A DNA stretch of 40,740 nucleotides, from NCBI GenBank assembly GCA_014379065.1, contig JACMMM010000675.1, forward strand, positions 1 through 40,740. Direction: 5' to 3'. Below, in pieces: positions 15,477 through 23,815 of the stretch (its first letter is position 1; every line of letters begins with the position of its first letter). The stretch comes from Saprospiraceae bacterium (lineage in GTDB: Bacteria; Bacteroidota; Bacteroidia; Chitinophagales; Saprospiraceae). The notes below the pieces were generated by a model, which did not search any database, was not told the DNA's origin, and worked only from the letters and a program-made list of their open reading frames with translations. Made by a program: the position numbers and the translations under genes.

Positions 15477-17045
15477 ATGAAAAAACTCCTTACGTCCTCT
15501 TTTCGAATCACAATTCGAACCTTGGTTTTGCTGCTTGGCCTTTTGTCTTTTGAATGCCAAGGGCTAACACAGTCTTTGCCTGACAGTTTAACTTTTGTTC
15601 CCCAACCGGAAGCGTCCTTTTTTAAAGCATTTTTTGTTGATTTGACATCAGGCCCGGTTTACAGAAAAGAGAAACGAGCCATTAGAAAGTTCTTAAGAGA
15701 TGCTGATGATGAAAAACTTGAAGCTTATATACATCGGCTTGAAGTGGATGGAGAAGACAAAGAAATTATGTTGAGGAATTTCCCTTTTGTGTATTACGTT
15801 TTATTAAATTCATGGTATCGCTGTGCTAACCAGAAGCATTACAATAAAGATCTCGCTTATCGCTATGGTTCCATAGCAGCAGAATATGGCAGACAGAATA
15901 CATTTAGTGAGGACGATGCTGTTTTAGTGCGCAAGGTTACTAAATTCGCTAAAAAGTATGAAAGTGTATGTTTGCCTTATGGAAAAATAAAAAAACCTAG
16001 AGAGCTAGTTGTTTTCATGGCAGAAGAGCGACACAAATATATCTTAGAAAAAACGACTGCGGTTAAAGAAGTTGGTGAAGATAGTGAAAAAATAAGAGTG
16101 AAGTTGGAACCTCTCGAAAAAAAGTCACTCCAACTTGCGAAGGAGATTGCTGATTTAGAAAAACAATTAATCAGTACTAAATCAGAAATTAGAGGTCTTT
16201 CAATGCAAAACTATGAGGATGCTTTAAAGGACATTGATGCCTTGATCAAAAAAAACGAGATTAGTCGTGGAAGCGGTAATGTAACACTTGACACGACTTT
16301 GGCAGGAGGGGCCAGGTTCATAAACAGTTCTGAAATTACAAGTGACACGATTAGTTCCACGATATATAATACCGGGTATAAGAAAGGGGTTTTTTGCTCG
16401 CCAGAAATTCGATCTGCCACTAATAAGATCGTTTCAACTATCTTTAAAATAGCAGATTTCCAGAAGAAAACGGAAAGAGTTTCACCTGACTATTTAAAAA
16501 AAATACAATTTAATGTCACCATAACAGGAAAAGCAGACGGAGATAAAGTAAAGCGTAGAAATGGGGTTTGTACTTTGAAAAATAATGATTCATCTCCAAT
16601 AACAGGGGAATATTATACTGGAGGGGATATCGAGTTTAGAAACCCAATTAAAGTAAATATTGCACCTGGCGGTCCTATTTGCGACGAAGAACTGGCATTT
16701 TTGCGCGCTCATTGTGCCTATTCAGAATTAAAGATAATTTTACCAGAATTCGGAATCCCCGCTTCCAATATAAATCCAAAGATTATCGTAAGGGTATACG
16801 ACGAAATAGGCCCGGAGTACCGCGGGATTGATTTAGAATTTAATGTGGACAAGCTGTTCGTTCATTTAAGAAACGAGATTGACAAGAAATATGCTGAGAA
16901 GCAAATAGTTGATGAAAAAATCGCAGATTTAAGGCGTCAACTGCAAGAAAATGCAGAAAAAATTACCGATATCAAAAAACCCTGGGTTAAAGAAGACAAA
17001 ATTATAAAAGAGAAACTTGAGGAAATAAAATTATATAAAGCATGA
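15477..17045 (+). CDS. Secreted coiled-coil hypothetical protein, possibly with a degenerate OmpA/MotB-like module
   Basis: There is a signal peptide (TLVLLLGLLSFECQG). Coiled-coil segments are LEPLEKKSLQLAKEIADLEKQLISTKSEI and EKQIVDEKIADLRRQLQENAEKI. The segments VTITGKADGD ... EELAFLRAHCAYSELKIILPEFGI ... YRGIDLEFNV loosely recall the OmpA_C pattern I.GHTD..G ... N..LS..RA..V...L ... NRRVE. This is a weak call. Confidence 0.55.
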   Translation: MKKLLTSSFRITIRTLVLLLGLLSFECQGLTQSLPDSLTFVPQPEASFFKAFFVDLTSGPVYRKEKRAIRKFLRDADDEKLEAYIHRLEVDGEDKEIMLRNFPFVYYVLLNSWYRCANQKHYNKDLAYRYGSIAAEYGRQNTFSEDDAVLVRKVTKFAKKYESVCLPYGKIKKPRELVVFMAEERHKYILEKTTAVKEVGEDSEKIRVKLEPLEKKSLQLAKEIADLEKQLISTKSEIRGLSMQNYEDALKDIDALIKKNEISRGSGNVTLDTTLAGGARFINSSEITSDTISSTIYNTGYKKGVFCSPEIRSATNKIVSTIFKIADFQKKTERVSPDYLKKIQFNVTITGKADGDKVKRRNGVCTLKNNDSSPITGEYYTGGDIEFRNPIKVNIAPGGPICDEELAFLRAHCAYSELKIILPEFGIPASNINPKIIVRVYDEIGPEYRGIDLEFNVDKLFVHLRNEIDKKYAEKQIVDEKIADLRRQLQENAEKITDIKKPWVKEDKIIKEKLEEIKLYKA

Positions 17046-17073
17046 TAGCTGGGTAAAAAAATCTGAAAAAAAA

Positions 17074-17108
17074 CTGCCAACCGGGATAAACTCAGTTGGC
17101 AGTTTTTC
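17074..17108. terminator. Bidirectional rho-independent terminator between convergent genes
   Basis: AAAAAAAA-CTGCCAAC-cgggataaactca-GTTGGCAG-TTTTT. Confidence 0.65.
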
Positions 17109-17149
17109 AGGCTTGTGCGGTGAATCTCATTTAGGGAGGTCAAATTTAC

Positions 17150-20100
17150 TTACCTTTTCAGCTCCTTCACATTGTCCTTCGGCTCCCGGTCTATCAATAT
17201 CCTAAACGGATCAATGCCCGCCTTATCCGGTTTTTCATCTACCAGAAACGTGAACGTGTTGTCTTTCTGCGCAATCTTTACCCGCTGGCGGTAGAGTGTT
17301 TTGCCGTATTTTTTGTCCCCTTCCGGTTTTGCAAAAGCCCCGATTTCTATCCAGTCATTCACCGGCACCTCGGTCTCCTTGCCGAGTTCGTCGGCTTTGA
17401 GTTTGCGGCATTCCACTTGAATGGTTAACTCATATTTTCCATTGCCGAGTTCTTTCATCGAGGCCTCTTTGGTCTTGTTCTCAAACAGCGTGATGTCCCA
17501 GAACAAGTCCTGAATGATGTATTTCAGCGAATCCGGTGTCTGTGCCGCAAATTCATTCACCACATCAATGCTGGTCGGGTACGGCGGGGCCTTGTAGCGG
17601 AATTTTTCCAAAAACGCCTTTAAGCCAGCATTCACCTTGTCTTCGCCGATCATCTCCTTGAGGTAGTACATCACTGCCGAGCCTTTGTTGTAGTGGATGT
17701 AGCCCTGCCGTTCGCATTTCGCGAGCGGCATTTCGCGCAGGGTTTCGCGGCCTCGGTCTCGGAGGTATTTGTCCGTTTCATACTCCAAAAACTTGCGCAT
17801 CACATCGCGGCCATATTCGTGTTCCATCACCATAAGTGCGGAATATTGGGCGAAGGTCTCGGTGGTCATTTCCGCGCCCTGCATGTTCGCGCCGCATTCT
17901 TGGTGTGCCCACCATTGATGGCCCATCTCGTGCGCCACCACATAGTACACCATGTCGATATCGTCTTTTTCCTGTCGGAAATCTTCGATAAAACCAATGC
18001 CTTCAGAATACGGCATGGTGCCAGGGAAGGCCTGGGCAAATTCCGCATACCGGGGAAACTCTATGATGCGGCATTGTTTGTGGTAGTAAGGCCCGAAGTG
18101 GGCGGTATAATATTCTATGCTTTTTTGCATGGATTTCAGCATACGCGGCACGTTTCGGGCATGGTCGGCATGGTAGTACACCTCGTAAGTGATGCCTTCT
18201 TTTTGTTCCCGTGCCACCTCATAGTGTGCAGACAGGAAGGAGTAAAAATTCCAGGCTTTGTGGTCAAGTTTGTAGTGGAAAATGCGGCGATCCCCCTCCG
18301 TCTTTTCACTGAGGAGCGAACCCGGTGCGATGGCAATCTGATCGGCAGAAGTGCTGATCGTGGTTTCTACGGTGACCCAATCCGAGTCAATGCTGAGATA
18401 TTGGTTGCTGCGGGCGGCAAGGTTGGCCGTGTCGAGTGGCGGCATCCGTGTCTTTTCGGGCAGGCCATACTCGCGGCGTTTGTTTTTTTCGCTGAGCTCG
18501 CCGCCTTCGTGGTAGCCAAAGGTGGGCGAGATGTCACCGTTGTTGAAAAAGGTACCGTTTTGCATGATGCTTGTGTTCGACAGTTCGTTTTCAAAACCTT
18601 TGGCGCGATATACCGTGTTGAATTTCAACAACATAGAATCTCCCGGAGCAAGTGTGGGGTTGATTTTGTAAAAGCGCAAGTAAAGCGTCGAGTCGTTGAG
18701 CAAGAGGGCGAGGCGTGGATTATCAAATTGAAAATCGCCTTGCGAAGGAATGTGCATGAACAAGGTGTCGATCGGCTTTGCGTGTATGTTGCGCACCCAC
18801 ATTTGGCCATCGGCCTCGTAAGTACGAGTTTCGGGGAAAATGCGGATGTCGTATTTCAGGTCGTAAGTGCGTGGCTGCGGGAATCCTTGAAAATGCTTGT
18901 ACTCGTTTTCGTACCGCGCCATGCGTTTCTCCTGCGTGTTTTCGCTGACGGGTTTGTTCGAAATTTTGGTGTTGTAATAAACAAAGCCCGCACTGCAAAT
19001 CCATACCGCGAGTAGGCCCAATCCTACAATTCTGTACGTTTTCCATTCTTGCCTGGCCAGCGAGAGGCGTTTGCGCCAACCAGACTCTTTGCCGCGCGGC
19101 CAAAGGCAGATTGCCACGATCGCCAGCAAACCGCTGATCAACAGCCAGTAAGAATGAAACCATGTAAGTCCTTGTGCGTAAGGCAGATAGCCGTAAAGGT
19201 CGCTGACGGTGTACGAGGGGGTGCCACCGAGTTTCACCATGTTGCTCGAAATGTCGATAACGCCCCACACAAAAGAGTTGACCGCTACCAGAACAATGCA
19301 GATGAAAAACCCAAGGTACATGTTGGGCGACACCGCATGAATGAACATGAACAATGCGGCCAGAAAGGCAAAGCCCAGCACATCGAGCACCAGCAGTTCG
19401 CGGATATAAACACCTAGTTCAAAACGGTCGTAGCCATGCAAGGCTTGAGCGCACACGGCAGCGATTATGGCGACGAGATTCAGCAAGAACACCACCGAAA
19501 CGATGGTGCCGTATTTTGCCAAATAGCCCGTCCAAGTGCGGGTGGGCAACGCGTCATAGATTTCATTGACTTTGGCTGTGCGCTCTTTCCACACCAGTGC
19601 ACCCGTGAAATAAGTCAGGATAGAAATGGTGAACAGGTAAAACGCACCCCGCACGATGTCCACCATCGTGTAGGTTACGGGCAGGTTGTGGGTGCCGTAA
19701 CCATCGGTGGCGTATTGAAAACTGGGGATGCAATTGAGCAGCCCGATAAAAGTGAGCAGGATAAACGGGGTGCTTTTGATAACGCCATTGAAGTCGGTGC
19801 GCATTTGACTCCACAGTTGGCGGAGGGTGGTAGAAGTACCAACTCCCGGCGTGACACGGGGCAATTCACCGAGTTGCTTGAGACCGTATTCCTCTGGTTC
19901 TGAGATGGTTTTAGCCTTTTTGCCGCCCTTCATTTTTTCGGCAAAATCAAACTTAAAATACCCTGCAATAAGCACGGCCAAACCGACGGCCATCCAAAGC
20001 AAACGGTTCACCAAGATGCCGGGCGCAAAGAGGCTGACCGATTGGTGGTTCTTCTCGTCCACAGTCCAATACTTCGTAAGTATGGAAAAAGAGCGACTGC

Positions 20101-20746
20101 CAAAGGGATCCAGAAGGCTTGCCACTTGTTCATTCTGCATATCCCGCATCAGGTTGCCCGCTATGATGTACCCCACCAAAAGCACTACGGCTGCCACGAA
20201 GGAGTACATGGTGCTGCGGGTAAGCACGGCTACTGCGTAAAGAATCCCTCCGGCAAAAATCATGTTGGGGATCACCACGGTAATGTATGCGTTGAGGTGT
20301 CCCTGAAACTCAAAAGGCCCAAACCGCGATGCATCCACCCAACCCATTGCAGGCCCGATCACAGCCCCTATCCACATGCCCAAAGACACGCCCAACATCG
20401 GGATTAAAGCAACCAACAACGCCCCGGCGAAATGGCCAAAATAGTAGCCCGCCTTGCTGATCGGGGAGGAAAAAACGATTTGGGAAGTATTGCTCTCAAA
20501 ATCGCGGACAGCAGCGCCATTGAGGAACGCCACCACGAGCAACAAGGAGAGGATGGAAAACACGACATACCAGTTCTGCGCCACAAATGGGGCGTTTTTC
20601 CAGACGTTGCCGTAGGAGCCGCCGATTTGAATCTCGTCGCTGACAGTGGCCCCGAAGGTCATCAGAGCAAAGACGAAGAGGAAAATCCAAGGCATGGGCG
20701 AGCGCAACCATGCCTTTATTTCAAAAGAGAAAAAGGTGCTAAACAT
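17150..20746 (-). CDS. ABC-2-type transporter permease fused to an M1-family aminopeptidase domain
   Basis: 1198 aa. The N-terminal ~560 aa hold many TM helices, as in ABC-2 permeases. The C-terminal half carries the M1 zinc site VVAHEMGHQWW ... ETFAQY and an aminopeptidase-N-like C-terminus. It lies directly downstream of the ABC ATPase gene. Confidence 0.85.
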   Translation of the reverse strand: MFSTFFSFEIKAWLRSPMPWIFLFVFALMTFGATVSDEIQIGGSYGNVWKNAPFVAQNWYVVFSILSLLLVVAFLNGAAVRDFESNTSQIVFSSPISKAGYYFGHFAGALLVALIPMLGVSLGMWIGAVIGPAMGWVDASRFGPFEFQGHLNAYITVVIPNMIFAGGILYAVAVLTRSTMYSFVAAVVLLVGYIIAGNLMRDMQNEQVASLLDPFGSRSFSILTKYWTVDEKNHQSVSLFAPGILVNRLLWMAVGLAVLIAGYFKFDFAEKMKGGKKAKTISEPEEYGLKQLGELPRVTPGVGTSTTLRQLWSQMRTDFNGVIKSTPFILLTFIGLLNCIPSFQYATDGYGTHNLPVTYTMVDIVRGAFYLFTISILTYFTGALVWKERTAKVNEIYDALPTRTWTGYLAKYGTIVSVVFLLNLVAIIAAVCAQALHGYDRFELGVYIRELLVLDVLGFAFLAALFMFIHAVSPNMYLGFFICIVLVAVNSFVWGVIDISSNMVKLGGTPSYTVSDLYGYLPYAQGLTWFHSYWLLISGLLAIVAICLWPRGKESGWRKRLSLARQEWKTYRIVGLGLLAVWICSAGFVYYNTKISNKPVSENTQEKRMARYENEYKHFQGFPQPRTYDLKYDIRIFPETRTYEADGQMWVRNIHAKPIDTLFMHIPSQGDFQFDNPRLALLLNDSTLYLRFYKINPTLAPGDSMLLKFNTVYRAKGFENELSNTSIMQNGTFFNNGDISPTFGYHEGGELSEKNKRREYGLPEKTRMPPLDTANLAARSNQYLSIDSDWVTVETTISTSADQIAIAPGSLLSEKTEGDRRIFHYKLDHKAWNFYSFLSAHYEVAREQKEGITYEVYYHADHARNVPRMLKSMQKSIEYYTAHFGPYYHKQCRIIEFPRYAEFAQAFPGTMPYSEGIGFIEDFRQEKDDIDMVYYVVAHEMGHQWWAHQECGANMQGAEMTTETFAQYSALMVMEHEYGRDVMRKFLEYETDKYLRDRGRETLREMPLAKCERQGYIHYNKGSAVMYYLKEMIGEDKVNAGLKAFLEKFRYKAPPYPTSIDVVNEFAAQTPDSLKYIIQDLFWDITLFENKTKEASMKELGNGKYELTIQVECRKLKADELGKETEVPVNDWIEIGAFAKPEGDKKYGKTLYRQRVKIAQKDNTFTFLVDEKPDKAGIDPFRILIDREPKDNVKELKR

Positions 20747-20761
20747 AGGTCAGGTTTGGGG

Positions 20762-21652
20762 TTATGCGGCCATGATTTTTGAGAAAAACACATCCTCCAA
20801 TCCCGCTGCTGCCCGCCGGAAATCACCACCCGGATCCTCTTCGCTTAAAATATGAATGATCGGCTTGCCCGCCACGAGTTTGCTTGAAATCACCCTGAAT
20901 CGGCCCTGATAATCGTCAATTTCAGCCTTTGCGATGGCTTTTTCCCAGATTTTGCCTTCTAATTCTGTCAGTGCAGCCTCTGGCGAACCTGCATAGAGCA
21001 CCATTCCCCCGTTGATGATGGCCATGTTGGAACAAAGCTCCTTCACGTCTTCCACGATGTGTGTAGACAAGATCACGATCACATTTTCGCCAATTTCGGA
21101 AAGCAGATTGTAAAATCGGTTGCGCTCGCCGGGGTCGAGTCCGGCAGTGGGTTCGTCCACAATAATGAGTTTCGGGTCTCCGATCAGGGCTTGGGCGATG
21201 CCAAAGCGTTGGCGCATACCACCAGAATAGGAAGAAACGGATTTTTTGCGATGTTCCCACAAGTTGACGCGCTGGAGCAGTGCGTTGACTACCTCTTTAT
21301 TCTGTCCGCCCGGGATGCCTTTCAGCGTAGCAAGGTGACCGAGCATATCCACCGCCGAAATGCGCGGATAAATGCCAAATTCCTGCGGTAGGTAACCGAG
21401 GGTTCGGCGCACCGCATCCTTGTCTTTCAAAACATCTATGCCCCCTGCTGTCCCACCGTCAGATGGAAGAAGCCAGGCCGTGCCGCTGTCGGCTTCCTGC
21501 AAAGTAGCAAGGGTACGCATGAGGGTGCTTTTGCCCGCGCCGTTGGGGCCGAGCAGGCCGTACATTCCGGTAGGAATATCGAGCGAGACATCTTGCAGGG
21601 CTTTGACCCCATTGGAGTATGTTTTGGAGAGGTTGCGGATAGTTAATTGCAT
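20762..21652 (-). CDS. ABC transporter ATP-binding protein
   Basis: It starts MQLTIRNLSKTY. Walker A is GPNGAGKST, the signature is YSGGMRQR, and Walker B is LIIVDEPTAGLD. The upstream 37 codons in the ORF track lack support. Confidence 0.9.
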   Translation of the reverse strand: MQLTIRNLSKTYSNGVKALQDVSLDIPTGMYGLLGPNGAGKSTLMRTLATLQEADSGTAWLLPSDGGTAGGIDVLKDKDAVRRTLGYLPQEFGIYPRISAVDMLGHLATLKGIPGGQNKEVVNALLQRVNLWEHRKKSVSSYSGGMRQRFGIAQALIGDPKLIIVDEPTAGLDPGERNRFYNLLSEIGENVIVILSTHIVEDVKELCSNMAIINGGMVLYAGSPEAALTELEGKIWEKAIAKAEIDDYQGRFRVISSKLVAGKPIIHILSEEDPGGDFRRAAAGLEDVFFSKIMAA

Positions 21653-21781
21653 AGCTGAGCGGTAGGGATAGGTGGTAGTAGCCGATTTTTCGGCGGCAAA
21701 TATGACACGCCTCGTTCGCAGGGTGTTACAAGAATAGAAGAAAGAAGCGTTTTTGCGGTTCAATCCCTTGACAACATAAGC

Positions 21782-23626
21782 CTATTCCACCCGCAGCACT
21801 TTTTTCAGCAACACGGAAGCATTTTGGCTGGGTATTTCCAACGACAAAGAATAAATGCCCTTTGGCAAATTCGCCGTCGGAAGTTGGAGCGATTGCTTCC
21901 CAGCTACAATCTGTACGGACTGGGTCCCGGCAAGCACGCCCAAAATATCGCGCAGCACCAGGCGGCCTTCAAAATCGGATGCGCTTTCGAACGCAACATT
22001 CAAAACATTTTTGAACGGCACAGGCGACACTACCACCTTGTCAATCTTGTCAAGTTCGGTCGTGGCTACCACCACCTCGGGGCAAGTGAATCCACGGCGC
22101 ACTTGTCCCCGGATTTCTCCGCTAAGATTGCCAGGGGTGCTAATCAGTACATAAGTGCCGCTGTTTTCGATGATCGGGCCGAGCGCTGCCATAATTTCAT
22201 GCGAGCCGGCAATGATGGGCTCTGTAAGGGGCATTGAGTGAAAGGCAGTGCCATTAGCGCCAAAGCCAGCGGTTGCAAAGTAAGCATCCACAGGCGCCCC
22301 AGCCAAACCATCTGCAATAAGTTTGTAATTGAGGTAGCAGTTAGCCTGATCCACGGATGCAACGGCGATTCCAAGTGCATTGCTGTTGGTAGGAGGCACC
22401 ACTTGAACGCCACACAGATCAAAAGCATAAGCTTTTCGAAGGGTGTTTTTCATCACGCCTCTTATCTGTCCATTAGGGAAGGTGGGGGAAGTGACATTGA
22501 TGAACAGGCGACCTTGGGCAAAATCGGTCAGTTGCGCTGCTGTGATTTTGTATTTTTTCGCATAAAGCCCTGGGGCTGTTGAAAAGCCCATGTCCAACAG
22601 CTCAGTGCCAACTTCGTTTGGATTTCCAATGCGGATTTTTACAGAAGTTGGCAGAATGTCAGCGACATATATAGTAGTGGTAAGGCTGTCAAGCGTCCCA
22701 TTTAGAATGCTGCGGCTGAACCCAAAAGCTGCCGATGGCGGAAAAGGAGGGGGTAATTGTTGTACTTCGTTGATCGGGGCCAAAGAACCAAAATAGCCGA
22801 TGTGATTCACTTGGCCACGTATTTCTCCTGCGGGAAAATTGACCGTTTTGATTACGATGTAATATTTGCCTTCACGACATTTTAGGAGAAAATCAGGGTC
22901 AACAGTGTCCAGTTGAATAAGTCCCTGGAGAATATTGCCAAAACCTGAAATCTTGGAAACCAATGTCCCCGTCTGCCCGACAGCTCCTTCGTAAATACCC
23001 GCGCTGATAATCGCGCTGCTCAAACCGTGTACCACAAAAGCATACACCACGTCAGCAGCCCCTAATGGGTAGTGAATGCCGCCAAAAGCCCTGGCGGTTG
23101 AGTTGTTGGGTGGCTCCGCTTCGCTGCCTGCCAGCATACAACTAAAATCTTGGTCGGTTTCGCAGACAAATTGGCCGCGAATCTCGCCATTCGGGTGCGC
23201 TGTAGTGCGCACATCGGCATACACGCCATTGATCAACAAGTTTTGAAGGAGCTGAGGGGTAACGTTCAATTGACCGATCACGTGTCGCCCATTAATAAGC
23301 GGTAAAAAATCAAGCAGCACGGCACCCGTTTGGCCGGTAATGCCAAGGCGGATTTTGGCTTCCGTGACCGCTCCGTCCATTTTCACCAGCATCCCGCTTA
23401 CGTTCACTTTTGTACGGTCGGGGGTAAAAATAAAAGTGATAAGGCCCTTGGCATCCGTATTTACGGCCGGAATGGCTTCTGAGCCGCTTAACTCGACGTG
23501 GAAAACCAAGTGGGGGATAGGATTTTGCGCTTTGAGCGGCGTGGCCATAAGGCTGGCAATGATCAACCCCAGCGTCGTCAAAATTTTGAGATGCGAGGGG
23601 CGAAGAAGGTGGGCAGTTTTATTCAT
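21782..23626 (-). CDS. CHRD-domain repeat protein with a T9SS C-terminal sorting domain
   Basis: A signal peptide is present. A repeated pattern reads L.G..E.P....A.G......(Y).......G(E)IRGQ, for example PNGEIRGQF, PAGEIRGQV, PNGQIRGVM and LSGEIRGQV. The C-terminus VSPVPFKNVLNVAF...LPKGIYSLSL matches a T9SS type A CTD. Confidence 0.75.
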   Translation of the reverse strand: MNKTAHLLRPSHLKILTTLGLIIASLMATPLKAQNPIPHLVFHVELSGSEAIPAVNTDAKGLITFIFTPDRTKVNVSGMLVKMDGAVTEAKIRLGITGQTGAVLLDFLPLINGRHVIGQLNVTPQLLQNLLINGVYADVRTTAHPNGEIRGQFVCETDQDFSCMLAGSEAEPPNNSTARAFGGIHYPLGAADVVYAFVVHGLSSAIISAGIYEGAVGQTGTLVSKISGFGNILQGLIQLDTVDPDFLLKCREGKYYIVIKTVNFPAGEIRGQVNHIGYFGSLAPINEVQQLPPPFPPSAAFGFSRSILNGTLDSLTTTIYVADILPTSVKIRIGNPNEVGTELLDMGFSTAPGLYAKKYKITAAQLTDFAQGRLFINVTSPTFPNGQIRGVMKNTLRKAYAFDLCGVQVVPPTNSNALGIAVASVDQANCYLNYKLIADGLAGAPVDAYFATAGFGANGTAFHSMPLTEPIIAGSHEIMAALGPIIENSGTYVLISTPGNLSGEIRGQVRRGFTCPEVVVATTELDKIDKVVVSPVPFKNVLNVAFESASDFEGRLVLRDILGVLAGTQSVQIVAGKQSLQLPTANLPKGIYSLSLEIPSQNASVLLKKVLRVE

Positions 23627-23815
23627 GGTGAAAATTTGTTTGAGAATGTAAATTTCTATTGCAAACCTACTGCTTTCCGATTTTCATTTTTAAGGTATTT
23701 TGAAAGACGGCTCGACCAAATCCACATTTCGACCTTCCTTATGACGCATTCGCTCATTCTGGCCAAAATCATGCGGAGAAAAGGCGACCTTTTCAGCAAA
23801 ATCCATCGCCTCGTC

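Noticed and set aside
12318-17149. The island as a prophage, IS element or ICE remnant.
   Set aside because: No integrase, transposase, terminal inverted repeats, tRNA target or phage structural genes are visible inside it. Only the flanking gene-end duplication and the low G+C support acquisition, so I report it as an island of unknown mobility.
17693-19015. 440-aa plus-strand ORF antisense to the permease/M1 gene. Similar long antisense ORFs lie at 9668-10678 (antisense to aconitase), 31130-31792 and 31279-31773 (antisense to the SPFH gene), and 1940-2497 (antisense to GH73).
   Set aside because: Their translations are low-complexity (rich in R, H, A, G and V) with no recognisable motifs. 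Each lies entirely inside a gene with strong family signatures on the other strand. These are typical shadow ORFs of GC-richer coding DNA.
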